From an uncultured Pseudobdellovibrionaceae bacterium (lineage in GTDB: Bacteria > Bdellovibrionota > Bdellovibrionia > Bdellovibrionales > UBA1609), in contig CAWDNU010000004.1 in NCBI GenBank assembly GCA_963803705.1, positions 1 to 64,000 on the forward strand: a DNA stretch of 64,000 nucleotides, given 5' to 3'. This document shows, one piece after another, positions 11,201 to 21,035 of this stretch. The position numbers and the translations under genes are program-made. Position 1 is the stretch's first letter, and each line of letters begins with the position of its first letter. The notes under the pieces are model-generated. The model made no database searches. It saw only the letters and a list, made by a program, of their open reading frames with translations, and was not told the DNA's origin.

Positions 11201-11721
11201 CACTCTAAATAAAGCTGGTCGCTAAAGATCTTTTTAAGCTCGCTTAAGCTATCTAAAACAAGTTCTGTTTTCTGTGATTTTGAAAGCTGAGGCAACCAAC
11301 CATCATAGCCTCCTGTAAGTACAACTAAATCTTTGCACCAAGTTTTTAGCTCTGAAAAATCCAAGTACGGTATCGGAGCATTTAGTCGCCTTTGATTTTT
11401 GTAAGCTTGAGTCGAAATTTGACACAGCTTTTGATAACCTTGGTAATTCTGAGCTAAGAAAACCAATTTGCCGAAATTTTGAAGGTCCACATTAGTTTCA
11501 GCTGCCTTAAATGAAACTTGGATTTCTAAGCCTAAAATGGGGTTAATATCTTTCTTCAAACATGCAAAGTAGAACTCTGTCGCGCCGAACATATTTGAGT
11601 TATCGGTCAAAGCTAAGGCCGGCATATTTAACGACGCGGCTTTAGAAATTAAACCTGCAGTTTCACTAGAAGCCTCTAACAATGAATAGTGGCTGTGATT
11701 ATGCAGGTGAACGAAACTCAT
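8272..11721 (-). CDS. dnaE: DNA polymerase III alpha subunit
   Basis: PHP HLHNHSHYSLLE, GPGRGSGAGS, MPDFDIDF, KFDFLGL and YGFNKSH motifs. Confidence 0.98.
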   Translation of the reverse strand: MSFVHLHNHSHYSLLEASSETAGLISKAASLNMPALALTDNSNMFGATEFYFACLKKDINPILGLEIQVSFKAAETNVDLQNFGKLVFLAQNYQGYQKLCQISTQAYKNQRRLNAPIPYLDFSELKTWCKDLVVLTGGYDGWLPQLSKSQKTELVLDSLSELKKIFSDQLYLEWNTHGLSYETEFHKNLKLFSKELSLPLVGSNNTYYLNPEDQIAQEILVCIGTNKTLQDESRKKLGSDQFYFKSSDQMNDLFKHTSELVLNTLEIANRCQLEIKTVSDKGQPIYHLPSFSTTEGRTEGEELAHVTSVGLEERFIELKARGEFQDDERSKYFERLNFELKVIDQMGFNGYFLIVQDFIGWSKDNDIPVGPGRGSGAGSLVAYSLQITDLDPIKNNLIFERFLNPERISMPDFDIDFCQERRPEVIRYVTEKYSPESVSQIITYGKLQTRAAIRDVGRVLGFSFTEVNHICKLVPEKLGITISEALESEPRFQELFEQDPKVKTLLDMALKIEGLVRHAGIHAAGVIIADGKIVDHAPLYIGSDNENVVQYDMKHAEKIGLIKFDFLGLKTLTHIQNTFKLIEKNRNKKINPTQISMSDPGIYELMQKGDTAGVFQFEGGGITSLITKAKPSRFEDLVAITALYRPGPMEMIPEYLKRKQGDVKVKYLFPELESVLEETYGIIVYQEQVQLIAAKIANYSLGEADMLRRAMGKKIASEMEMQKERFLKGANDNNHDVKKANQLFELMAEFAKYGFNKSHAAAYCVISAQTAWLKHYYPVEFLSALLSTEMSNTDNVVKYSKDAFKKGIKIKPPSVNLSNYHFTVDSEDIIFSLGAVKGVGGAAVDAIVEARSELPDQKFISLEQFFSKIDLRRVNKKTIESLAKAGAFDEFGFNRREILEGYTIFIESQERERKDKEVGQFNLFAENKELDQPIEIPRLDPYPTKLTLQNEKEVLGFYLSGHPLDGVNYLFEVKTFTDEKTKKEFVEWPGLISSKREIITKKGTRMAFLQIENQFESFEAIVFPDAFDRYKNQLDIDVPMIFTGNLEVEENQKKMFVSDVRPIHKELSRKTKIMFKLPESDLINKIKDFQNLFSQYPGPTQVYFQIISETLDKNYIIKAGDSKILPELEFIQKVGGLMDINDMSFELGT

Positions 11722-11794
11722 ACCTTCAATATACAGCTTTTGAGTCTTGTCAGGTATGGGACAAGGCCATGGTAAAGGTGCGTCAATATAGCTC

Positions 11795-11970
11795 TCGTAA
11801 TTTAGTTTGTATTATAAGGTATTTATCTAAACTTTATTCGATGGTCTTCAAAAGTAAGCTCGGATTGTAGTGTTCAGCGGCAGCTGAATGCTACAAACGT
11901 ATGATCGAAATTTTTGAAGACCATCGAATAAAGTTTAGATAAATACCTTATAATACAAACTAAATTACGA
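11795..11970. repeat. giant intergenic palindrome 2: 59-bp perfect arms (11795-11853, 11912-11970) around a 58-bp core
   Basis: TCGTAATTTAG...GGTCTTCAAAA is the exact reverse complement of the right arm; core is homologous to the reverse complement of the 24560-24620 core. Confidence 0.95.
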
Positions 11971-14900
11971 TTTTCTATGGCTAAATTTTACAGCGAGCAA
12001 ACTTAGAGCGCTCTGAAAACTAGTTACAGTTTTCGCCAGCGCTAGATAAATGCTTGGATAAAACACCACAGTCATAAGGCCGGAAAGAAGAATTCCCCAT
12101 GCCATGGAAAAGGCCAGTGGCCTGGTGAAACCAGAGTCCCCACCTATAGCGTAAGCCATTGGAAATAGTCCACCTAGGGTTGTCATTGATGTCAAAAAAA
12201 TTGCTCTTAAACGACTAGCTGCGCCCGTTTTCACACTTTTAATTAAATCTAAATTTGAATTCAAAACTTTTAAGTTGATCTGATCGGACATTATTAATGT
12301 TCCATTGACCGAGACCCCAATTGCTCCGATCAATCCGATCATTGAAAAAACGCCTAAAGGCATATCGTGCAATTTGTGCATCAGCATAACCCCCGCTGTG
12401 GCAAAAGGTATAGGTAAACTTACAATTAAAGGCTGGGCGATGGAGTTCAAAGTTATAGCTAATACAAAAAATATTCCTAAGATACACGCAACTAGTGCTT
12501 TTAGTACCCAAGATTTATTTTCGGCCTCTTCGACTGTTTCTCCGCTAGTTTTTATAATGTACTCAGGAAATTCAGGCTCTAACTGGTCGACAAAAGCCTT
12601 TGCTTGCTTGACTATTTGACCACGCATTTTTTCATCTTTTATTTTAAATCTAGCACTTTCAACTTTATATCCATTTAAGTGTCTTATACTTTTAGGGGAC
12701 CGCAATAGACTCCAGGTTCCAAGCTCGTCGACAGCGATTAATCTTTGGTTATTTGTCAGTACAGTCACTTTGGAAGGGTCAAAACCATTTGTGGTGATTT
12801 CAGAATTATTAATTGTCAAATTAACAGCAAAAGGCTTTCCGTCAATTCGAACCTCTTTAACCCAGTTCTCATCCACCTTTCCCAAAATAGCCATCTGAAC
12901 TAAGTTTTTATCGACTCCATATCTAGACATTTTTTCAAAATCCGGCTTAAAAACCCATCTTTTTACTTTGTTGTTGAAACCTAAATCTAATTTTCCAATG
13001 CCGCTTATGCGGCTTGGTAAATCTTTAAGTGAAGTCATCAAGTCTAAATTAGACTTGGTTGTTTTAGTGTAAAAATTGAAAGTTAAATACTTATTTTTAT
13101 CTACATCTTCGCTAGCCCAAGTCTTACTCGCAGAAAGAAGTTTAAAATTCTTTTTCTCATCTTCAATAACTTCTTTCACTCTTGCTAAATAACGATCTTT
13201 AATTTGCTCTGGCTGTGAAATGCTCTCTTTGACGCGAGCAATAATACGAAAAACTTTTTCACTAATGATTGTTTCTCGATCTCGCCAAACTGAACCGATA
13301 CTAAGATCTATTGTTTCGAAGTCATTACTAGTATCAAGCTCTCTTAATTTCTTATACAAAACCTGCAGTTGCTCTAAAGTATCCATTTTTGATGCAGAGG
13401 AATAAACCTCGCCTTCAATCTTTACAATCTCGTCAGATATATTTAAATCAAAATCCTTTTCAAGATCCCAAGAGTAATAAAACATAAAACTTGTTAATCC
13501 GACGAAAAAAATACTAACAATATATTTAAAGTTTAGTAGATGCGATAGCAGTTCTTGATATTTTAATTTTACGGTGTCGAACCAGATATTAGCTTTTTTT
13601 TGACTGGACTTAAGAACATGGTGGCTTAAGTGGTTTGGTAAAATAAAGAAGGATTCAATTAAACTAAAACTAAGAGCAGTTATTACAACAACTGGAATAG
13701 ATGAAATCAGGTTTCCAATATCGCTTGGTATTAGTAAAAGCGGTAAAAAAGCTACCACAGTTGTTAAAATAGTTCCGCAAACCGGAAAAAAAAGTTCACG
13801 CACAGTCTTTTCTGATGCGGCTTTTGGTTTAAGCCCCTCTTCTAAACATTCATTATATTTTTCGCAAACTATCAGTGCATCGTCCACTAGCATGCCGCAA
13901 ACCAGAATCAATCCTACAATCGACAAGATATCTATTCCATACCCCATAAGTAGCATAGTGATAAAAGTTGCACCGTAGCTAAATGGAACACCTAAAATGG
14001 TGAATGAAGCTGATCTAAAAGATAGAAAAAGAATTAAAAAGAAAAAAACGATGAAAATTCCAATTATCCCGTTTGATTTTAAAGTTTTTAGTTGGCGTTC
14101 TATAAAGGATTTTCCACCGATTACAGATTTGACAGTTATACCCAAATTGTTTTTGTTAAGTGATTTTAAAACCTCTTCTACTCTTGCATCCAAATCTATA
14201 ATGTCACTGTTTAGATCCTTTTGAAGATTTATATAAAAAACTCTTTCATCACCTTCAAAAGACCATTGATCTTGATTAGGATAGTAAAACTTAACTGATG
14301 CTATTTGCCCTAAAGTCGTGCGAAAACCAGTAGGGCTTGAAAAAATAGACAGATCTTTTAAGTCCTCAACAAAACTGGTTTCTAAGTTTTGCTCAAATTC
14401 AATATAAGTATAGTTGTCACCTCTTCGAATTGTTCCAAGTGGTCTAAATTGTAAAAAGTCATTTATGAGTTGTCTTACATTTGATGAATCAACCTCATAA
14501 GATTTCATTTTTTTTTCATTTAGATCAATTTTAACTGCTCTTTTAGGAAATGAGGCGTCTTGAATTTCAGCAATACCACGCACCTGACTAAACTTATTCT
14601 TAGCAGCATCTAGCCACAGCTCGTGTTTTTTTTTGTCTAGATCATAGCCTCGAACCAAGATTGAGCTTAAAAAATTAGAAGTTATTTTTCGCTCTTTAAC
14701 AACAATGTTTCGAATATTTTGTGGTAAAGTCGGCCTTAGTGATTCGACGATTTGCCGGATTTCGTTTGATGCTTGAGCGGTGTTTTTGTAATCCGCTGGA
14801 AAACTTAGATTTATGAAAAGAACACCTTGGCTCGCTCTAGAAGATATTTGCTTCACCCCGGGAAAGTTAATTAGCTTTTCTTCTAAGGGAAACGCCACTT

Positions 14901-15084
14901 CTGTTTCTAAATCAGCGGCTGTTGATTCTGGATAAGTAACTTCGATCGATATTCTATTAAAATTAAGCGGAGGAGCTAAATCTCTGTTCATACTGAATAA
15001 AGATACAATGCCCAAGACTAGGACCATAAATGTTATCAAATTAACAAGTTTAGATCTAGAGATAAAAAACAAAACGGCATTCAT
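11965..15084 (-). CDS. RND efflux permease (AcrB/AcrD/AcrF family)
   Basis: 1039 aa, two large periplasmic loops, GMLVDDALIVCE and RLRAIFLTSMTT motifs. Confidence 0.93.
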   Translation of the reverse strand: MNAVLFFISRSKLVNLITFMVLVLGIVSLFSMNRDLAPPLNFNRISIEVTYPESTAADLETEVAFPLEEKLINFPGVKQISSRASQGVLFINLSFPADYKNTAQASNEIRQIVESLRPTLPQNIRNIVVKERKITSNFLSSILVRGYDLDKKKHELWLDAAKNKFSQVRGIAEIQDASFPKRAVKIDLNEKKMKSYEVDSSNVRQLINDFLQFRPLGTIRRGDNYTYIEFEQNLETSFVEDLKDLSIFSSPTGFRTTLGQIASVKFYYPNQDQWSFEGDERVFYINLQKDLNSDIIDLDARVEEVLKSLNKNNLGITVKSVIGGKSFIERQLKTLKSNGIIGIFIVFFFLILFLSFRSASFTILGVPFSYGATFITMLLMGYGIDILSIVGLILVCGMLVDDALIVCEKYNECLEEGLKPKAASEKTVRELFFPVCGTILTTVVAFLPLLLIPSDIGNLISSIPVVVITALSFSLIESFFILPNHLSHHVLKSSQKKANIWFDTVKLKYQELLSHLLNFKYIVSIFFVGLTSFMFYYSWDLEKDFDLNISDEIVKIEGEVYSSASKMDTLEQLQVLYKKLRELDTSNDFETIDLSIGSVWRDRETIISEKVFRIIARVKESISQPEQIKDRYLARVKEVIEDEKKNFKLLSASKTWASEDVDKNKYLTFNFYTKTTKSNLDLMTSLKDLPSRISGIGKLDLGFNNKVKRWVFKPDFEKMSRYGVDKNLVQMAILGKVDENWVKEVRIDGKPFAVNLTINNSEITTNGFDPSKVTVLTNNQRLIAVDELGTWSLLRSPKSIRHLNGYKVESARFKIKDEKMRGQIVKQAKAFVDQLEPEFPEYIIKTSGETVEEAENKSWVLKALVACILGIFFVLAITLNSIAQPLIVSLPIPFATAGVMLMHKLHDMPLGVFSMIGLIGAIGVSVNGTLIMSDQINLKVLNSNLDLIKSVKTGAASRLRAIFLTSMTTLGGLFPMAYAIGGDSGFTRPLAFSMAWGILLSGLMTVVFYPSIYLALAKTVTSFQSALSLLAVKFSHRKS

Positions 15085-15088
15085 AGTA

Positions 15089-16474
15089 TCAACTCACCTT
15101 GTTCTTTAAAAAACAAGCTGCCTTAAAATCGCCAAAATAAACAGACTGTTCTAAAATGATTTTATAGAAATCAATCAAGGTTTGTATATATTCATTTTTA
15201 ACTGAGTTCGCCTGATTGCGAAAAGTCAAAAACTCGAAAAAACCAATTCTACCATTTAGAAAACTTCTTTTAGAAAGTGCTTGTAATTTTTTTGCGTTGC
15301 TATCTGCCTTCTTCATAGTTTGTAAAACTTTAGCCTGGTTCCGTAGACTTTGATTGAAATTTTCTATAATCGTTTCTTGTTGGCTTACAATATGATCTCT
15401 TTGGATTTGCCGTTTAGATATTTCAAAATCTATAGATTTCTTCGAGTTTCGAAGCTGTTCATTTCCGAAGTTCCATTTAACACTTAATCCTACTATTTCA
15501 GAGCTATTAGTTGTGTTAAAAGGTAGGGTCTCTTGTGATCTGTGCCCAACGAAAAATGAAATGTCATTATTTTGGTTTATGTCTAGAAAGCTTTTTCTAG
15601 CCCTCAAAATTGAAATTTCAAGGTTTATGCGATCTACGATTTCAATTTTCGTAGACTGTTTGGCTAAAATCGAATTAATATCTTCACTCAAGCTCAAACT
15701 TTCAAGTTGCCCTACATTCAGCCGGGTTAGTTCGCTAAGTAACAACTGACTAGTTTGGAATTGCTGTTTACTTTTTGCAATCTGGTTGTCCAATTGCGCC
15801 CTATCAATACTTAAAGACAAGTAGTCTTGCGAACTGATCGACTTTTTACTTAGCCGCCTCTGTATAAATTCTATGTCTTGAATTGCATCTTTACTAATTA
15901 AAAAGTTTTTTTCGTTCAAGAAGGTTTGAAAAAACTGATTAGCTATTTGTTCGCAGCTTGAAATTAGATTTTTTTGATTGAACACTTTTATCTTCTTATC
16001 ATTAACTATATTTAGAATGTTTTTGGTTTTAGAGCCTAGAAAATCATTATATAAAGACAACAGTAGATTCGCAGAAATTAGCTCTTTAGATAAAAACACA
16101 TCTACATTTGGCACATTCAGTAACTGTTGAAAATTAACGTTTAGGGATAGACCATAAGGTGTTCTTTGAGTAACCTTCGTATCAAAATTAAATGCGTTAT
16201 AAGAATTTTCTTCGCCCGTGGCTTCCTCTGCCCGACTCCATAGTCGCTCAAAACTTGCGTCAATGTCCGTCTGCCATGGTGAAACGGAGGGTATGAAGCC
16301 TAACCACTCAATATTCGTATCTGCATTCAATTCAATTTTTTTTAGGTCTGTTTGCAAGGATTTAGTTATTGTCTCTTTTAAAGATAGAGTTTTTCCATAA
16401 GCAGAGAAGCTAAAAAAAAATATTATGTTACATGGTATGAAAAAAAGCAGGAGGGCTTTTCTAATTACTTTCAC
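15089..16474 (-). CDS. TolC-family outer membrane efflux protein
   Basis: Signal peptide, helical repeats, C-terminal FLNGRIGFFEFL pattern, adjacent to the RND permease. Confidence 0.72.
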   Translation of the reverse strand: MKVIRKALLLFFIPCNIIFFFSFSAYGKTLSLKETITKSLQTDLKKIELNADTNIEWLGFIPSVSPWQTDIDASFERLWSRAEEATGEENSYNAFNFDTKVTQRTPYGLSLNVNFQQLLNVPNVDVFLSKELISANLLLSLYNDFLGSKTKNILNIVNDKKIKVFNQKNLISSCEQIANQFFQTFLNEKNFLISKDAIQDIEFIQRRLSKKSISSQDYLSLSIDRAQLDNQIAKSKQQFQTSQLLLSELTRLNVGQLESLSLSEDINSILAKQSTKIEIVDRINLEISILRARKSFLDINQNNDISFFVGHRSQETLPFNTTNSSEIVGLSVKWNFGNEQLRNSKKSIDFEISKRQIQRDHIVSQQETIIENFNQSLRNQAKVLQTMKKADSNAKKLQALSKRSFLNGRIGFFEFLTFRNQANSVKNEYIQTLIDFYKIILEQSVYFGDFKAACFLKNKVS

Positions 16475-16554
16475 ATCGCCTCCCCAATTTGCACCAAAAT
16501 CTTAGTTAGAAAGATTTTCACTTATAAAGTCATTTGTCTACCACCCTGTTTAAA

Positions 16555-16609
16555 GAAAGCCGCCACGGCAAGCGAAGCTGTACAGCTTTGCATGTGGCCG
16601 TGCCAGCGT
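16555..16609 (-). repeat. single copy of the GC-rich hairpin repeat found in tandem at 39017-39190
   Basis: CCGCCACGGCAAGCGAAGCTGTACAGCTTTGCATGTGGCCGTGCCAGCG is the reverse complement of 39064-39112 with one mismatch; it abuts the guaA stop. Confidence 0.92.
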
Positions 16610-18132
16610 TATTCCCATTCTATCGTGCCGGGGGGCTTACTGCTAACATCATAGACAACCCTGTTTACACCTTGAACTTCATTTGTAATTCTATTTGAGA
16701 CTTTAGATAAAAACTCGAAATCAAATGGGTACCAGTGAGCTGTCATACCATCGATTGAAGTGACTGCTCTAAGCGCGATCACCTTGTCGTAGGTTCTGGA
16801 ATCCCCTTGAACGCCTACCGCTCGAACAGGCAGTAGAACTGCAAAAGCTTGCCATATTTTGTCGTACAATCCAGCTTTTCTTATTTCGTCAATATAGATA
16901 CTATCTGCTTCCTGAAGAGTAGCCACATCGTCAGGCTTAATTTCACCTAAAATACGAATCCCCAATCCCGGCCCGGGAAAAGGGTGACGGTCTATTAAGT
17001 GTGCTGGCATGTCCAGGGCCTTACCAATACGCCTAACTTCGTCTTTAAATAGATCCCTTAGGGGTTCAATCAGCTTCAAATTTAAATCTTTTGGTAATCC
17101 CCCAACATTGTGATGAGATTTAATCGTGACGCTTGATCCAGTTGGCGAAACACTTTCAATGACATCGGGATAAAGTGTTCCTTGCGCTAACCAGCTGATA
17201 TTTTTACCATTGGGGATTTGAGCTTTGAAAACTTTGATGAATGTGTGACCTATAGCAATTCGTTTTTCTTCTGGATCAGACTTACCTTTTAGCGCTGTGT
17301 AAAAATCTTTTTCAGCTTTTACGCCTTTTACATTTAAACCCAGACCGTCATAAGACTTTAATACCTCTTCAAATTCATTTTTACGAAGTAGACCTGTATC
17401 TACAAAAATACACATTACTTTTTCTGGTCCAAAAACTTTAGTCAAAATAGTTGCTGTTACACTGGAATCTACACCACCAGATAAACCGCAAAGAATAACT
17501 TCATCCTCTTTAACTTCAGCTCTATATTTTTTTGATAAACTTTCAAGAATTTCATCGGGCTTCCAAACTTTTGAAATTCTTTTGGCTTTATCTACAAATT
17601 TTTGTATCCACATGTCCCCATTTTCTGTATGGGTCACCTCTGGATGAAATTGCAAACAAAGAATATTTTCTGATTCTAAAGCTGCCGGAAAATTATTTTC
17701 GCTCAATGCAATTTGGTTTAGTTGCTGGGGTATTTCTGTAATAATGTCCCCATGAGACATCCAAACCTTATAAGTTTCGTTTGAATCTGCCATGTGAATT
17801 TCTGACAAGCCATATTCTCTGTGGCTGGAACTTTTAACGCTTCCACCTAGGTTATGGACAATTAACTGCATGCCATAACAAATACCTAATAGTGGTGCCA
17901 CCTGTAAAAGCTCATTAATATCTCTTTGAAATCCGTTTTTATCTGTGACAGATCTAGGGCCACCGCTTAAAACAATGCCAGCAGGATTTCGTTGCTTGAT
18001 TGTTTCAGTTCCATAATTGTAAGGGTGAACCTCTGAATAAATACCTTTTTCCCGGAAACGCCTAGCGATCAGTTGCGTGTATTGGGAACCGAAGTCTAAA
18101 ATTAAAACTCCAGAAGTTATTGGCTCCAACAT
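16609..18132 (-). CDS. guaA: GMP synthase (glutamine-hydrolysing)
   Basis: DFGSQY, GICYGMQ, FHPEV, SGGVDS and KPPGTIEWE motifs. Confidence 0.98.
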   Translation of the reverse strand: MLEPITSGVLILDFGSQYTQLIARRFREKGIYSEVHPYNYGTETIKQRNPAGIVLSGGPRSVTDKNGFQRDINELLQVAPLLGICYGMQLIVHNLGGSVKSSSHREYGLSEIHMADSNETYKVWMSHGDIITEIPQQLNQIALSENNFPAALESENILCLQFHPEVTHTENGDMWIQKFVDKAKRISKVWKPDEILESLSKKYRAEVKEDEVILCGLSGGVDSSVTATILTKVFGPEKVMCIFVDTGLLRKNEFEEVLKSYDGLGLNVKGVKAEKDFYTALKGKSDPEEKRIAIGHTFIKVFKAQIPNGKNISWLAQGTLYPDVIESVSPTGSSVTIKSHHNVGGLPKDLNLKLIEPLRDLFKDEVRRIGKALDMPAHLIDRHPFPGPGLGIRILGEIKPDDVATLQEADSIYIDEIRKAGLYDKIWQAFAVLLPVRAVGVQGDSRTYDKVIALRAVTSIDGMTAHWYPFDFEFLSKVSNRITNEVQGVNRVVYDVSSKPPGTIEWE

Positions 18133-19589
18133 TAGGCGTCCAACCTGTAGTTAGGCGCCTCTTTCGTTATGGTCACGTTGTGAACATGAGACTCTCGTAA
18201 CCCTTGTCCAGTGATCTGTACAAACTTAGCTTTTTTCTGAAGCTCATCGATATTGCTAGCACCCAGATAACCCATACCTGACTTAACACCACCAATGAGC
18301 TGATGAATAATACCGCTAATGGATCCCTTATAAGGCACTCGCCCCTCAATACCTTCGGGAACTAACTTATCCACTTCATTGACTGCATCTTGAAAATATC
18401 TGTCTTTTGATCCTAAGGACATTGCTCCTAAACTTCCCATACCTCGATACACCTTATAAGTACGCCCCTGATATAGTACTGTCTCACCGGGGCTTTCGTC
18501 GCAGCCTGCTAACATGTTTCCCAACATCACTGTGTTTGCACCCACCGCAAGGGCTTTGGTCATGTCCCCTGAAAATTTAATTCCTCCGTCAGCAATCACA
18601 GATTTACCAAGTTTTTTTGCTACTTTTGAGCAATCAATGACTGCTGAGATCTGAGGAACCCCTACACCCGACACAATGCGAGTAGTGCAAATGCTTCCGG
18701 ACCCTACCCCAACTTTGACCACGTCAGCTCCGTTATTAAATAAGGCCTCCGCTGCATCAGAGGTTACTATATTACCAGAAACAACAATAATATCTTTGAA
18801 GTTTTTTGAAACCCACTTAGTCATTTCAATGACATTTTGGGAATGTCCATGAGCAGTATCAATAGCTAAAACATCAACGCCTGCCTCAACCAAAGCTTGT
18901 ACACGATCTTTACTTGAAACACCGACACCGGTTGCAGCACCGACCAGTAGCCTTCCGAAAGAGTCTTTGCTAGCCCTTGGATATGTGTGAGCTTTTTCAA
19001 TATCTTTAATTGTGATTAAGCCCCTTAAAATTCCTTGCTCATCAATTACAGGAAGTTTTTCAATACGATGTTTCTGCAAAATCTTTTTAGCATCTTCTAA
19101 AGTAGTACCTTCTTTAGCTGTGACTAAATTTTCTTTAGTCATAATGTCCCCAATCGTTTGTCCTATGTTAGTCTCAAACCGAAGATCGCGATTTGTAAGA
19201 ATTCCAACAAGTCGTTGCTCTACGGTGATCGGTACTCCACTGATCGAGTAATGTTTCATCAAGTCTAAAGCGTCGCTAACCTTGTGATCTGGGGACAATG
19301 TAATTGGATTTCTAATCATCCCACTTTCATATTTTTTCACTTTTTCAACTTCCATGGCCTGTTCTTCGATGCTTAGGTTTTTGTGAATGAAGCCAAGCCC
19401 ACCAAGCTGTGCCATGACTCGGGCCACTTTACTTTCAGTGACCGTGTCCATCGCTGCTGAAATCACAGGAGTATTTAAAAAAAGGTCTTTGGCAAAAAAA
19501 GACTTAGGTTCGATCTCTGTAGGTACGACTTCAGAATGCTGAGGCACGAGTAAAATATCATCAAAGGTGAAAGCTTTTGAGATTTCCAT
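18132..19589 (-). CDS. guaB: IMP dehydrogenase
   Basis: [12 protein letters not shown] pair, GSGSICTTR and YRGMGS motifs. Confidence 0.98.
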   Translation of the reverse strand: MEISKAFTFDDILLVPQHSEVVPTEIEPKSFFAKDLFLNTPVISAAMDTVTESKVARVMAQLGGLGFIHKNLSIEEQAMEVEKVKKYESGMIRNPITLSPDHKVSDALDLMKHYSISGVPITVEQRLVGILTNRDLRFETNIGQTIGDIMTKENLVTAKEGTTLEDAKKILQKHRIEKLPVIDEQGILRGLITIKDIEKAHTYPRASKDSFGRLLVGAATGVGVSSKDRVQALVEAGVDVLAIDTAHGHSQNVIEMTKWVSKNFKDIIVVSGNIVTSDAAEALFNNGADVVKVGVGSGSICTTRIVSGVGVPQISAVIDCSKVAKKLGKSVIADGGIKFSGDMTKALAVGANTVMLGNMLAGCDESPGETVLYQGRTYKVYRGMGSLGAMSLGSKDRYFQDAVNEVDKLVPEGIEGRVPYKGSISGIIHQLIGGVKSGMGYLGASNIDELQKKAKFVQITGQGLRESHVHNVTITKEAPNYRLDA

Positions 19590-19627
19590 AATTTTGGCTC
19601 CTGGTTGGCGTTTCTGGTTTTAAAAAA

Positions 19628-19790
19628 AATAACTTTTCAGTCAGGCTATCGCACCCTTCACTACGTGAGACTCAGTCAGGCTACCAGCACGCCAAGGAAT
19701 GCATAAGCTTTGCGGCAAGAAGCCTATACAGCCGCTGCTCGCTGGAACTTTTTCTGTCTAGTTCACTCGCCTTAGCTCGCTGGAACTTTT
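19628..19790. repeat. composite hairpin repeat without long arms, related to the palindrome cores and the yebC insertion
   Basis: TCAGTCAGGCTA twice (19637, 19672) and GCTCGCTGGAACTTTT twice (19737, 19775); ACTCAGTCA...GCTCGCTG ends are shared with core 24560-24620. Confidence 0.75.
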
Positions 19791-19791
19791 C

Positions 19792-20289
19792 TTATTTGTA
19801 CCAACTACTAACATTCACGTAATGAAGTGCGCTCTTTTCTAAGCTATTCAATTCATTTTCGTTCAACTTGCGAATTGCTTTTGCCGGTCTACCTAAAATT
19901 AACATTCCTTCTGAAAAAGTAGAATTTTCGGTGACCAAAGAACCAGCACCCAAAATACTATTTTTTGGAATTACAGCATTGTCCATTACAATCGAGCCCA
20001 TTCCAATCAACGAGTTTTGCTCAATAGTGCAGCCATGAAGGATAACCTTATGGCCAACTGTCACATTGTCTTTAACAATAGTTTTTGCTTTGTTGTAGCT
20101 GCCGTGAATAACTGTTCCATCTTGAATATTAGAGTTTTTACCGATGGTGATCGGCATAACATCACCCCTCAACACAGCTTGAAACCATACCGAAGCGCCC
20201 TCATCAAGATGAACATCACCAATAATATCAGCGCTTTTTGCAACAAAAGTGTTTGGGTGTATATGAGGGGACTTTTCGCGGACTTTCAT
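19792..20289 (-). CDS. gamma carbonic anhydrase family protein
   Basis: Hexapeptide repeats; LRGD, NIQDG and GHKVILHGC motifs. Confidence 0.93.
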   Translation of the reverse strand: MKVREKSPHIHPNTFVAKSADIIGDVHLDEGASVWFQAVLRGDVMPITIGKNSNIQDGTVIHGSYNKAKTIVKDNVTVGHKVILHGCTIEQNSLIGMGSIVMDNAVIPKNSILGAGSLVTENSTFSEGMLILGRPAKAIRKLNENELNSLEKSALHYVNVSSWYK

Positions 20290-20420
20290 GATTACCTAGA
20301 ACATATTTTGTAGGCTTTTGCAACAGATCGACTTTAAAAGAACTATTTAAAATGTAACTCATACAAGGAAAAGACGTCTAATTAAATAAAAAAACTGAAG
20401 CATCTAAAATTTGCAACTGT

Positions 20421-21035
20421 CTACATTAAGTATTTCTGTCTAGATTTTAAAAAAGCATTGGTCTTAATATGTCCAGATGGATTTTTCTTTTCAAAAACAG
20501 CCACATCTCTAGTTTTTTTTATAAAAGCCTTTGTCGCAGAAAAAATAATTTCTTTTTTAGGACTACATAAAGCTAAGGCTTCAAAAGCCTTCAATGAAAG
20601 CTTTTGAACGGATCTAAAAAAGTCTGGATCTTGGCCTAAACTAGATTCTAAAAATGAAAGCTGTGCCTTCGGATCATTCTTAATTTTGCAGCCTTTTATT
20701 TCTTTGGACCCGGCGTTTCCACCATTGTCTGGAACTTTTTCAATACAGATTGAAGCAACTTGCTCGTCTCCTTCAACACCGTCGAAAATACATTCGGTTA
20801 TCTTATAATTTAGCCTTTCGATCAGATCATGAGCAAATTCGTAGGGATTTTTTAACGTTGTTTTAGAGTCTTCTGGTATGAGTCCATATGGTAAAGCGGG
20901 GCACCAAACAGGAAACGAAACTACTCCTTTTTGATCTTTAAAAAGGACAAATGAGGTCAGTTCGTCTCCAGATACAGCTAAACCTTGGGGGAATACTCTT
21001 ACTTTTTTCAAATTTTCAGCATCTTTTTTATACAA
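20421..21035 (-). CDS. hypothetical protein, possibly a divergent bifunctional nuclease (DUF151)-like
   Basis: Pattern VLFKD...FPVW and AFEALAL; coupled to miaB. Confidence 0.45.
   Translation of the reverse strand: MYKKDAENLKKVRVFPQGLAVSGDELTSFVLFKDQKGVVSFPVWCPALPYGLIPEDSKTTLKNPYEFAHDLIERLNYKITECIFDGVEGDEQVASICIEKVPDNGGNAGSKEIKGCKIKNDPKAQLSFLESSLGQDPDFFRSVQKLSLKAFEALALCSPKKEIIFSATKAFIKKTRDVAVFEKKNPSGHIKTNAFLKSRQKYLM

Noticed and set aside
8272..11721. Intein or split in dnaE
   Set aside because: Length (1149 aa) and motif order are normal
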